A stretch of DNA of 64,000 nt, from contig QPMI01000083.1 in the NCBI GenBank assembly GCA_004431415.1, positions 36,495 through 100,494 of the forward strand. Reading direction: 5' to 3'. Shown piece after piece: positions 38,001-45,576 of this stretch (positions are counted from its first letter, which is position 1; every line of letters begins with the position of its first letter). The notes under the pieces were generated by a model. The model had not been told where the DNA came from, did no database searches, and saw only the letters and a list, made by a program, of their open reading frames with translations. Made by a program: the position numbers and the translations under genes. The stretch is from Cyanophora paradoxa CCMP329. Taxonomy: Eukaryota; Plantae; Glaucophyta.

Positions 38001-39141
38001 AAACGCTTGCCGGGACAAGGTGTGAATTTGTCCGGGTAGGTTTGTAACACAGAGAATGTATAACCTTGTCGTCTTTTCCGATTGCGATAAAGCGGATGCG
38101 CCACTTTTGCAAGAATGGTAGTATTTCGTTAAAGGACGTCCCCCAATCGGATGTGTCAGTAGGCGCGTGTCCTTTGATCTGCTCATAAAGCCATTCCTTC
38201 GAATAATTGACCTTCTTGTATTTGTTGATACTGTGGGCATATTCGAAAGATTTCACGATGACCTGATGTAACGCCTCTATTAAGCAATCCTTGATGATAA
38301 GTGACTCATCGGGTTTAATCTGATCCAATACAGATTTTGCGCCACCATTAAGGGTATATTTGATGAAACGCGAAACGATCTTAGGCGCCTCTCCGTCTCT
38401 AAGCGCTCTTTCATTCAGAGGGTAAACCGTGGTATTGTCACTTACTACGATTTCTTCGATAGACATAACATCGGGATACGGAATATCGGAGCCATTCACT
38501 TGTGGGTTAGCGAAAATTTTCACATAATTGTAATCCCTGTTATTTGCGTTACGATCCGCGATGTTTAGTAGGAAAGTGGCGATATTATCGATTTCCCAAA
38601 CGGCAAGGAAGTTATTAAATTCGTCTTCCACTTCGGCGAGTCTTGCAATTAATACGTCTTTCGGGCAAGTCATAATTAACGCCCTTTTTCCGCTCTTCTG
38701 TGTCTCAACGTAAGGTGTGTCATTGTGTAAGACTACATCGCGGTTCTGTGGTAGATTATCGATATCATCAGGAAGTGCGTAGAACCTAACGTGAACCGAA
38801 ACAGTTTCGCCATTTTCTGCTTCAATACGACGAATGAGACGCCTTACCTTTCCCTTGAACTTCTTCCCTTCTTGCTTCTGAATGTTCTTAATCGTTCTCT
38901 GTGCGCGCTTCTCCTTCTTCTCCTGCTTGCGCTTCTTCCGCTCTGCGCGGATTTCCTCCTTAGTCTTCTCCTTCTTCTCACTCTTCCTTGCTTCGAGTTC
39001 CTTTACGACTCTTTCGAAACGGTCATTAGCGATTCGCTTAATTGCATTACCGATAAACGGGATGCTGCGAATACCGGGTAGATTGGTAATGGACTCTACC
39101 ACAGATCCGATGATATTCTTCACTGTTGCAAATGAAAACAT
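35041..39141 (-). CDS. 1366-aa replication protein: putative vOTU-like protease + divergent family-B DNA polymerase + SF1 (RecD/Pif1-like) helicase + HNH/EndoVII-like nuclease
   Basis: PolB-like motifs LDISKAY (A), KDISNHTIGKFG (B), IRTDE (C). Helicase motifs GVKPGTGKTT, IAPTN, VIDE, TGDPFQIPPI, TCYSIQGDT, YVAVTR. C-terminal CGRC..TVDRYNNAIAH..NCFLSHNRCN. N-terminal DCLIEAL..NDHVY Cys/His pair. Confidence 0.85.
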   Translation of the reverse strand: MFSFATVKNIIGSVVESITNLPGIRSIPFIGNAIKRIANDRFERVVKELEARKSEKKEKTKEEIRAERKKRKQEKKEKRAQRTIKNIQKQEGKKFKGKVRRLIRRIEAENGETVSVHVRFYALPDDIDNLPQNRDVVLHNDTPYVETQKSGKRALIMTCPKDVLIARLAEVEDEFNNFLAVWEIDNIATFLLNIADRNANNRDYNYVKIFANPQVNGSDIPYPDVMSIEEIVVSDNTTVYPLNERALRDGEAPKIVSRFIKYTLNGGAKSVLDQIKPDESLIIKDCLIEALHQVIVKSFEYAHSINKYKKVNYSKEWLYEQIKGHAPTDTSDWGTSFNEILPFLQKWRIRFIAIGKDDKVIHSLCYKPTRTNSHLVPASVYVQISNDHVYVLNKDLSKLVRSFNGTAARETKAVGSSSLKYKIKTQFNDISHPAYSEEEIVEIVKREKENNATKVTITYSKPLFELLGSFRRANHEVNATISDEGIVSYIHYKIEDIDVCILPPGNMVNMDDVDVNLRDEEHRKLFNEMSQMMNRALINRNVKSKYNPETFAAFTKGQQSALNGFFATSTAELRELFEDIMFGAFDTHKLDISKAYTHIVAKRIINFLVFSSFDRFEKVVVTCSDDIEVDAFYSVKVRAKHFTVNRKDQLINNMSQYKRILVDSKFNLLYGAVLKEFYDDIRDDVIIEAVVRPYRVVKNVTLQAFKQLFASNLSIKEKKDISNHTIGKFGKKSQRKIQTTIFFNKNDALNFVQENDGKLRSLNFDSKKPKRTTVRNEAKTETPMLWYVNQEGEEKMLIDGFLPIQCQIYSIMRGIMYKLAKDLRADGVGVLRIRTDEFLIDKPYPFEPFDRDLFENTGKYDVKPFNLAPIASQQSKKKKRNNANGWITFDRLKQRDERFITVEKVNHKVFKFKDEYDVEAIVNAMEGKGNVIIRGVKPGTGKTTLAKAMTRKYGKNCLFIAPTNIRCKQLRMELKKEWCEVDMVDVKTIYKSLHLNIDPEKMNDNVGKQVTDLSRYQCFVIDEVYQFPIRELEALRDIMTIHFPDKLYIVTGDPFQIPPIQFIDIDHRDYYNKIFDRLFKNEVYLEVGKRHKDPEDQVKIDQLKHDLFVTKMRVPEAAARLGLAVVNEMEKGDISIVQSNRKSAEVNNAMHRMLYGVDMVYEEGVRLIAKYQITTNEGIIYRGFEYEVIKYEAEKVLTLKDVDSEEIYNAKPEDIKYFALSHGFTCYSIQGDTIRDKRVVVYQTTSPYMTAESFYVAVTRTERLSDTVIFVDEDEKRRVGMEKAEFAVKIRSHKAEDKKCNREFDVADYVDWEWKGYRFGKQHGRCGRCGDIMDSEDATVDRYNNAIAHIKPNCFLSHNRCNCAAQ

Positions 39142-39202
39142 CTTATAGGCGTTCTTATTATATACACTATATTTTATTTCTTTAAGTGATTTTCATACAT
39201 TG

Positions 39203-39214
39203 CGTCATTTTTTG
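39203..39214 (-). promoter_or_regulatory. CAAAAAATGACG motif upstream of the replication gene
   Basis: One of five perfect copies; ~60 bp upstream of the ATG. Confidence 0.75.
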
Positions 39215-39375
39215 GCGACACCGCAAAATCCACAAAATCCGCTTTTGAGGGTTTAATAAAAATAACAAAAGGGTCGACCACCATTTGATGGTCTTAAAAA
39301 TAACTCAAACACTTTAACAATGTTTAAGCGCGATTGCGCCTTATCTTCCTCAGCGATCGCGCCGGGAAAAAAGGA

Positions 39376-39630
39376 TTAACAATGAATTGATGGGCGACCC
39401 CGATTAGTTCGCGGGACGTCGAATAGATATTTAATGTATAGAATCGTGTTATTTACATATTGCGCCTTACACGAGGTCGCTATGTGTTTCTGTCTAAATG
39501 CGTCATCGTTATTATACAACTCACTCCACTTAACATTGCGTTTTTCATTGAATCGCGCAAGCGCTAACATACCCTTTTCTGTGCTGCGGTAGCGATAAAT
39601 CGCGCGTTTCTGAGATTCGCTTAGCGGCAT
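39376..39630 (-). CDS. Small basic hypothetical viral protein (84 aa)
   Basis: ATG-initiated ORF (MPLSESQKRAIYRYR) preceded by both conserved upstream motifs. Confidence 0.7.
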   Translation of the reverse strand: MPLSESQKRAIYRYRSTEKGMLALARFNEKRNVKWSELYNNDDAFRQKHIATSCKAQYVNNTILYIKYLFDVPRTNRGRPSIHC

Positions 39631-39720
39631 TCTCTTGTTCCTCTTCTGATATATAGCAAGAAATCTTTAAGTCCTTTTCTTATCGTGTATATAACATGTC
39701 GATCAGTTTTTTTAAAACAC

Positions 39721-39732
39721 CGTCATTTTTTG
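39721..39732 (-). promoter_or_regulatory. CAAAAAATGACG motif
   Basis: Perfect copy ~90 bp upstream of the ATG at 39630. Confidence 0.72.
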
Positions 39733-39955
39733 CGCATCGATAATAAGAAGATGCCGGAAAAATAAGCCGAAAGTATCGCTTTCTCGATTCTACGAATGAA
39801 CCCCGTAGAACAGGTGATTAAAAAGCGTGATCATGGATATGTCACGACTTCTCTACAACGCCACTTATAAAAATAAGTAAACGTGAGCGCAAACTTTCGG
39901 AATGGAGGGTTTAGCGCTATTCTTTGAAAAGAAATTTTTAACGTAAGAATGATCC

Positions 39956-40702
39956 TTAACGGCGATAACCTGGACGGAGACCCAATTTAGCGAATCCGGA
40001 AAGCATCGGCACCGCATTGGGAATCGAGTTAAGCGGGTCAGATTGTGATGTAGCAACCCGTAAGATAGACTTATTTAACACCGGCAAATCCGTTTTATTG
40101 GATTCTTGATAATCGATCGTCTTAGCGATTAATTCCATCGGTGTGTGTTTTTCCTCTTTGATTGGATCGGGAAGGACATCAAACGTAACATTTGGTTTCT
40201 TGTCTACCTTCTCTTTGGTTATCGGTTGCTCCGTTATCTTCTTCTCTTTCTGCGTCTCATCGGCGATTCCCTCAACGAGACTTTTAGCGTGTTTATAAGT
40301 AATCGTTTTTAGTCCACCGGTAGTTGCTCTGATAAAGTAACGGTTACGGTGGTCTTTTTCCGAAAACGTGGAATATAGACGCTCGCCACCATCGAGGAGT
40401 TTAAGAAGAGTCGACTTTTTATCGACCTTATCGATTGTCGCGCTCTTAAATTGTCCTTTCTTAATTCCACGCTTTGCACCCGGCATACGGTTTAGCGGCA
40501 CTTGCTCAACGAGGGCGTTACCATCGTTAGCGTCATATACTGGCGCCACAGCACTGGAATTAATCACGTTATTAATATTCTTATCGATATCAGCGGTTCC
40601 GTATGCTGCGGTTCCTTTCGATTTCTTGTATTGCTTCCGTTCCGGTTCCGCTTGTTCGACGGGTTTCGCTAAGAAGTTTTTCGGTTGTGTCTTGCGAGCC
40701 AT
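39956..40702 (-). CDS. Lys-rich hypothetical viral protein (possible core protein)
   Basis: Long ORF directly downstream of the penton. The first ATG (MARKTQ) is at 40702. Confidence 0.7.
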   Translation of the reverse strand: MARKTQPKNFLAKPVEQAEPERKQYKKSKGTAAYGTADIDKNINNVINSSAVAPVYDANDGNALVEQVPLNRMPGAKRGIKKGQFKSATIDKVDKKSTLLKLLDGGERLYSTFSEKDHRNRYFIRATTGGLKTITYKHAKSLVEGIADETQKEKKITEQPITKEKVDKKPNVTFDVLPDPIKEEKHTPMELIAKTIDYQESNKTDLPVLNKSILRVATSQSDPLNSIPNAVPMLSGFAKLGLRPGYRR

Positions 40703-40734
40703 TTGAATTAAAGAAACAAATTTATTATACAAAA

Positions 40735-41637
40735 TTACATATTACGACCGAACGGTAAATAGACATTTTCCAAATCCCTTATAACGTTTTTCAATGCTGC
40801 TTTTGTAAGATCCTTTTCATCTTCGGTGATCAGTTCGAGAGTCATAGACCAATCCGTGGTAATGTCCGTTTCGTTACCATTCCAATACGTCAAACGCACT
40901 TTAAGCGTCTCAACTTCCACTAATCCGTTTTGCTCATGGACGATCATAGAGTTATTGGTAGAATCATATTTTAGAAGACTACCTACCGTCTGGTCAATCT
41001 CAATTTTAGCAAGCGCTTTATCGTCGCTGGTATTCTTGCTTACGTAATTACCTTTGAGTGGATCAACATGTAGAAGGATGTAAGAATTAAACAGAAGGTC
41101 GAGCGGATTAACACTATCGAGGTAATGATTATAAGTATAAGCACCAACAGTTACCGGTGAATCGAGAGCGGTAGATGGATAACCTAAACCCGAGCCTAAA
41201 AATGACGGTTCCGGGAAACCTAAGAAATTGGCTAAAATCATGTTACCAAATCGTATAGTAAATTCAACTTCGCCGTAAATCCTTAGTTTCATCGTGATAG
41301 GATCATAAGACACACTGAAATGACGGGTGTAAGTAGTCCCGGATGCACCAAAGACTTGTGACAGCAAAATAGCATTTAGATAATTCACCAAACTATCCGC
41401 TGTGTAAGTCCCTTTCGAAATTGAATTCGTTTTAGTTTTGGTTGCCCCTTGTCCATCGAGTGTAGAGGTTACAAGCGCTCCATTTTCGCTGAGATTGTAA
41501 ATGTTATTAAACATTTCGAAATTGGTAATACGACACGCTTTAACATTTTGGATTGCATGGGGAAGTTTGTAAGAATAGTTTGTGGGGATTCCATCATCCC
41601 GATCCCGGGAATCAATATTTAGATAGTAACGCGTCAT
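40735..41637 (-). CDS. Minor capsid (penton) protein, single jelly-roll
   Basis: N-terminal YLNIDSRDR..PTNYSYKL..NVK..NNIYN, GTYT..L..LN, and C-terminal LKVRLT..G..DWSMTLE, typical of PLV/NCLDV pentons. Adjacent to the major capsid gene. Confidence 0.82.
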   Translation of the reverse strand: MTRYYLNIDSRDRDDGIPTNYSYKLPHAIQNVKACRITNFEMFNNIYNLSENGALVTSTLDGQGATKTKTNSISKGTYTADSLVNYLNAILLSQVFGASGTTYTRHFSVSYDPITMKLRIYGEVEFTIRFGNMILANFLGFPEPSFLGSGLGYPSTALDSPVTVGAYTYNHYLDSVNPLDLLFNSYILLHVDPLKGNYVSKNTSDDKALAKIEIDQTVGSLLKYDSTNNSMIVHEQNGLVEVETLKVRLTYWNGNETDITTDWSMTLELITEDEKDLTKAALKNVIRDLENVYLPFGRNM

Positions 41638-41689
41638 TCTGTTTAATAATATAATTTAAAAATTTCTTTTCGTATTTTAAACATAAGAC

Positions 41690-42916
41690 ATGGCGCTTAC
41701 TGGAACGACCCTTAAAGAACTCCTCGTTACTCCCGGATCGGATCAAATTTATCTATCTCCCGGTCTTCAAATCGGAACCAACCCCAAGTATAAGCCGTTC
41801 CTTGAACAGGTTCGCCCACGTGGTAACACTTTCGGTTTCAAAACGACCGCTTATTTTGATCTACCACGCAAGCAACTACTAAGTGGCGTTTCGCTTTACT
41901 TTAAGGTTACTACCGGTGGAGGTGTTGCTTGTGATCTTCCCAATGGTGGCGCTTCTTTCATTAAAGAGGTTCGCTTCGTCCATGGTGGGTTTAAGTATAT
42001 CATCCCTGGTGATTGGATCACTGTAAACACTCTGATTGATAATGATAATGCGACGCTAAGCACTATGTTTATGTCACTGGGTGTAGGTGAGGAAACCACC
42101 CGTGAAATTACCAACAAGTCGATTGAATACGTTATTAAGATTCCGGCGGCTTTCTGGGATGATGCGTATTTTCCACTTTGCGTTCTCGCGGACATGCCCA
42201 CTATTGAGGTAGATTTCCGCGAGGCTGCGGTAGTTAACGTTCCTGCTGGTGGATCTGTTACCATGAGTGATTGTGGGCTAATCTGTCAATTCGTTAACAT
42301 TGCATCTGCGGAAGCTGAGACTCTCCTTAAAATGGCGAATGAACAGGGAGGCATTCGTATTCCCATTACGGAAGTCATCCACAAAAAGACGCGATCACTG
42401 AAAACTGCCGATTCAGGTGAGGCGGTCGAGGTTACACTTGCTAACGTTTCCGGTCTGGTTCATTCTATCCTTATGACTGTTCGCGATGTTAACAAACTGG
42501 ATAAACACACTCACTCTGATTTCTACGGTGTGGGATCTGCTGTTAAAATCGATGAGTTCCAAATTTTCCATAACAACCGATCGCTTGAAATCTCTAATAA
42601 ACCTATTTCTGGTTTCCTTTCTGCTGCTAACCATATCCCATCGCATTACAAAGGCGCGACCGTCGGTAATACTGTGTTTGGTTTTGAAAATGCATGTGTT
42701 TATGGTGTGGTTCTTTCAAAATCTGGTAAGGATTCGCTCCATAATTCAGTCATGGGTTATCAGGATTTCTTTAATAGTTCGAGTTCTTACATGGATCTAA
42801 CCGTTTCCGGTTGCACAGATGCTGCGCCTGTCCAAGTAGACATCTATTCGTTACGACATAACATCATGATTCTTAATGGCTATAACATTTCGACACTGAA
42901 AGTTTCCAACTTTTAA
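41690..42916 (+). CDS. Major capsid protein, double jelly-roll
   Basis: 408 aa, beta-rich. Pattern FDLPRKQLLSGVSLYFKV, FIKEVRF..GG..GDWI, YVIKIP..FPLCVL..TIEVDFR. Lies between penton and packaging ATPase. Confidence 0.82.
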   Translation: MALTGTTLKELLVTPGSDQIYLSPGLQIGTNPKYKPFLEQVRPRGNTFGFKTTAYFDLPRKQLLSGVSLYFKVTTGGGVACDLPNGGASFIKEVRFVHGGFKYIIPGDWITVNTLIDNDNATLSTMFMSLGVGEETTREITNKSIEYVIKIPAAFWDDAYFPLCVLADMPTIEVDFREAAVVNVPAGGSVTMSDCGLICQFVNIASAEAETLLKMANEQGGIRIPITEVIHKKTRSLKTADSGEAVEVTLANVSGLVHSILMTVRDVNKLDKHTHSDFYGVGSAVKIDEFQIFHNNRSLEISNKPISGFLSAANHIPSHYKGATVGNTVFGFENACVYGVVLSKSGKDSLHNSVMGYQDFFNSSSSYMDLTVSGCTDAAPVQVDIYSLRHNIMILNGYNISTLKVSNF

Positions 42917-43013
42917 AGTTCTTTTCTTTCTTTAAAGTAGGAATCCTGCGAGTTGCGTATAGGTTAGCGCGTTATTTTGTTTTTTATCTTATTACTGTAA
43001 CGGACACACAGTA

Positions 43014-43766
43014 ATGGATATAGATTTAAATGATATTCCCGAATTCGACCCGGTTAAAACAGCTAAGTTACCTTCGCGTTTTTTGCATGTCGGGCGCTCC
43101 AATTCTGGTAAGACGACGTATTGTAAATATCTACTTTATGAACTGCGTGATAAGATCGATCAGATTGTAGTGTTTAGTTCCACTGCGTTTACCGGTCAAT
43201 TCAGAGATATAACGCATCCTGATAATATCTATGAGGAATGGGATGATAATGTGGTAATAAAACTCATTAGTATGCAAAAGAAACGAATCGAAAACAATGA
43301 GAAACGTAATAGTTTGGTAATTATCTTAGATGATATGATCGGTTCTAATTTGGATATGCATAATTCAGCTGTGTTATCCAAACTGGTAACGAGTGGAAGA
43401 CATTATAATATTAGCGTGATTTTCAATGTCCAACGTTTATGCTCTATTTCTACTACCATTCGTCGTAACGTAGAATTCGTGGTATTCTTTAACATCCTCG
43501 GAAATGAGAAAGAGTTTAATTGTGCATACGATGAATATAACGGTGGATTGGATAAGAAGACTTATAAAGAACTACATAGACTTTGGGGTTACAATTATCA
43601 GACCGTCATAACTGGATTGCAAGGATATGATATAAAGACCTATACCGATCGCGCAATATTGACAGATGATGACATGAAAGCATTCCGCAAGTTTGTTAAG
43701 AAACGAGCGATAAAAAAGAGAGAATCGATAAGAATTAGTAATGAACCCACGACTATTACAGTGTAA
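43014..43766 (+). CDS. A32/FtsK-HerA-type DNA packaging ATPase
   Basis: Walker A GRSNSGKT, Walker B VIILDD, and GRHYNISVIFNVQ..IRRN. Confidence 0.95.
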   Translation: MDIDLNDIPEFDPVKTAKLPSRFLHVGRSNSGKTTYCKYLLYELRDKIDQIVVFSSTAFTGQFRDITHPDNIYEEWDDNVVIKLISMQKKRIENNEKRNSLVIILDDMIGSNLDMHNSAVLSKLVTSGRHYNISVIFNVQRLCSISTTIRRNVEFVVFFNILGNEKEFNCAYDEYNGGLDKKTYKELHRLWGYNYQTVITGLQGYDIKTYTDRAILTDDDMKAFRKFVKKRAIKKRESIRISNEPTTITV

Positions 43767-44061
43767 GTTTCTTTTTGCGCTCTGCTAATTTCTTTTGCAA
43801 TCTACCACGAACAGGCTCGATATATCCATATTGTCCATCTTCCCAACATGTGATGATATGAATAAATTCACCGCGCATGTGTTCTTTAACAGAAGGGTTT
43901 AACTTCTTACCGTTAGTTCCTCCGATATGCTGAATATATCCCGTAAAGAATTCATCGAATTTCTCCAATTTTCTATTTTCCTCATTACATAGGAAAGTTT
44001 CCATAAACTTATGCGATTTCGCAACACCACAGCCAATACCTTTGGTATATTTCCCATTCAT
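43756..44061 (-). CDS. Hypothetical viral protein (101 aa)
   Basis: ATG ORF in AT-rich DNA with the conserved motif ~30 bp upstream. Confidence 0.7.
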   Translation of the reverse strand: MNGKYTKGIGCGVAKSHKFMETFLCNEENRKLEKFDEFFTGYIQHIGGTNGKKLNPSVKEHMRGEFIHIITCWEDGQYGYIEPVRGRLQKKLAERKKKLTL

Positions 44062-44092
44062 CTTGTAAGGTTACAAAAACTTCTAAAAAGGA

Positions 44093-44104
44093 CGTCATTT
44101 TTTG
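44093..44104 (-). promoter_or_regulatory. CAAAAAATGACG motif
   Basis: Perfect copy ~30 bp upstream of the ATG at 44061. Confidence 0.75.
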
Positions 44105-44123
44105 CCCGTGCTTAATGTTACGT

Positions 44124-44411
44124 TTATTGGTTCTTTCGAGCTTCGAGTTTCTTTTTTAATTTCAATTTGATTAAATTCCGATCATGTCGGGCTTCTGCTA
44201 AATTGATAGTTTCATTATACGATGGTTGTATGTAGGTTTCGTTTGCTTTTCTAATTGCTTTTCTTGCTGAACTTGAAACCTTCGAAAGATTACACCCGGT
44301 TGTATCGGTAAACACCTTATCGGTTATTGCTTTTATGCGCTCTTCTTCCGATAAATCAGGATTAACGTAAAATCCCAAATGATTCGCGAAATACTCTTTT
44401 GTAATCGCCAT
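44124..44411 (-). CDS. Hypothetical viral protein (95 aa)
   Basis: ATG ORF with the conserved motif ~30 bp upstream. Confidence 0.7.
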   Translation of the reverse strand: MAITKEYFANHLGFYVNPDLSEEERIKAITDKVFTDTTGCNLSKVSSSARKAIRKANETYIQPSYNETINLAEARHDRNLIKLKLKKKLEARKNQ

Positions 44412-44413
44412 GG

Positions 44414-44806
44414 TTACAGGTTGTGGTTTTGTTGTGGTGGCGCGTCATTTTTTGTCCCGACATCGATAGACTTAATATATTCTTGCAAAGTTGCATTTTG
44501 TGGAATCCACGGAATATACTTTTTATACTCTTCCACTTCGAGTGAGTAATTATAGAAATCATACGGTGTTAGGAGTTCTAAGAATTCAATATTTTTATTG
44601 CATTTTCCACAGATTAGGACGCCATTAAGTATGTTACATTCACAATTCCCAAGTATTGCAAAGTTACATATCTTACAGCGTCGTTTTACAGTAAAAGGTA
44701 AGTCTATATCATCTCTTTTAAGGCAATCGCTACATATACTTCTGAGTCTCCAATGTTTTAGGCGAGAATACGTAATACCACAGTATCTGCACTTATCCGC
44801 TTCCAT
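44414..44806 (-). CDS. Cys-rich (multiple CxxC) putative zinc-binding viral protein (130 aa)
   Basis: CRYC, CSDC, CKIC, CEC and CGKC; conserved motif upstream. Confidence 0.7.
   Translation of the reverse strand: MEADKCRYCGITYSRLKHWRLRSICSDCLKRDDIDLPFTVKRRCKICNFAILGNCECNILNGVLICGKCNKNIEFLELLTPYDFYNYSLEVEEYKKYIPWIPQNATLQEYIKSIDVGTKNDAPPQQNHNL
44443..44454 (-). promoter_or_regulatory. CAAAAAATGACG motif, embedded in the upstream ORF
   Basis: Perfect copy ~30 bp upstream of the ATG at 44411. Confidence 0.72.
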
Positions 44807-44833
44807 TTTGTTGCAATGGTTATTTTAAGAAAT

Positions 44834-44845
44834 CGTCATTTTTTG
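44834..44845 (-). promoter_or_regulatory. CAAAAAATGACG motif
   Basis: Perfect copy ~27 bp upstream of the ATG at 44806. Confidence 0.75.
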
Positions 44846-44898
44846 CATCGGGCAAAATTTGACAGAGTTTAAAAGGAATCCGAGAAGTTGTAATAACG

Positions 44899-45282
44899 AT
44901 GGGGTGGGAAACAATCGGAAGTGAAGATAAAGAAAAATGTGGATGCCACACAGTGCGGGAAGTCCATGACTTTTTCAGTTATGAAACGACTTCTGAGGTG
45001 TTATGTGATAAACACCAAAAGGAAAGGGACGAAAAATATGAAGAAAACAAGAGAAAGCGTGAAGAGTTAGAAGAGGAATTTAAAAATCGTTCGAGTGGTT
45101 TAACTGTTACTCTGGTTCCGCGAAAGTATTTAACATGGGATGAGAAGAATTTCATATGGAATAAGACGTGGAAGGATTTGTTGAAATATATAAAAAAGGA
45201 AAATGGAAGATATTATGTGTGTCAAACGCGTGTCGATCTTTTACGTGAAATGGAAATAGTAGAAACTTACAATAAGAAGTGA
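44899..45282 (+). CDS. Hypothetical viral protein (127 aa; CGC..C..H, then a coiled coil)
   Basis: ATG ORF ending immediately before the right TIR. A variant motif CAAAATTTGAC lies upstream at ~44853. Confidence 0.68.
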   Translation: MGWETIGSEDKEKCGCHTVREVHDFFSYETTSEVLCDKHQKERDEKYEENKRKREELEEEFKNRSSGLTVTLVPRKYLTWDEKNFIWNKTWKDLLKYIKKENGRYYVCQTRVDLLREMEIVETYNKK

Positions 45283-45283
45283 T

Positions 45284-45576
45284 GGGTGTAATGTGAAATG
45301 GGTGTAACGGGTGTAACTGTGAATGGTTTATGTGTTGTTGTTTTTATCGATTCAATCGAGAAATATGGGAATTCCTCGATTGTTTTATGTGTATCATCGA
45401 TTGTCGTACTTTGATACTTTACGATTAAATGGGTATATTGGGTATTTCATCGATTAAATGGGTATTTCATCGATTGTTTGATGGTGATATTATGTTGTAT
45501 CGGAAATCGTAAAGTTGTTACTGAATGTCGTAAATAAAATGCGTTAAATTTTGGGTGTAATGCACACAAGTCAAGT
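45284..45576 (-). repeat. Right TIR (293 bp)
   Basis: Reverse complement of the left terminus. Confidence 0.95.

Larger units (their letters stand above)
33650..45576. mobile_element. Endogenous Polinton-like virus (Maverick/PLV type), 11,927 bp, with TIRs and a 6-bp TSD TGCCCC
   Basis: Sharp AT-rich, intronless, gene-dense island. Inverted termini 5'-ACTTGACTTGTGTGCATTACACCC. TGCCCC at 33644-33649 and 45577-45582. Integrase, PolB, capsid, penton and ATPase genes present. Confidence 0.96.

Noticed and set aside
33650-45576. Bacterial or phage contamination, or misassembly, as the cause of the AT-rich island
   Set aside because: TIRs, an exact 6-bp TSD and in-frame restoration of the interrupted gene indicate a genuine integration.
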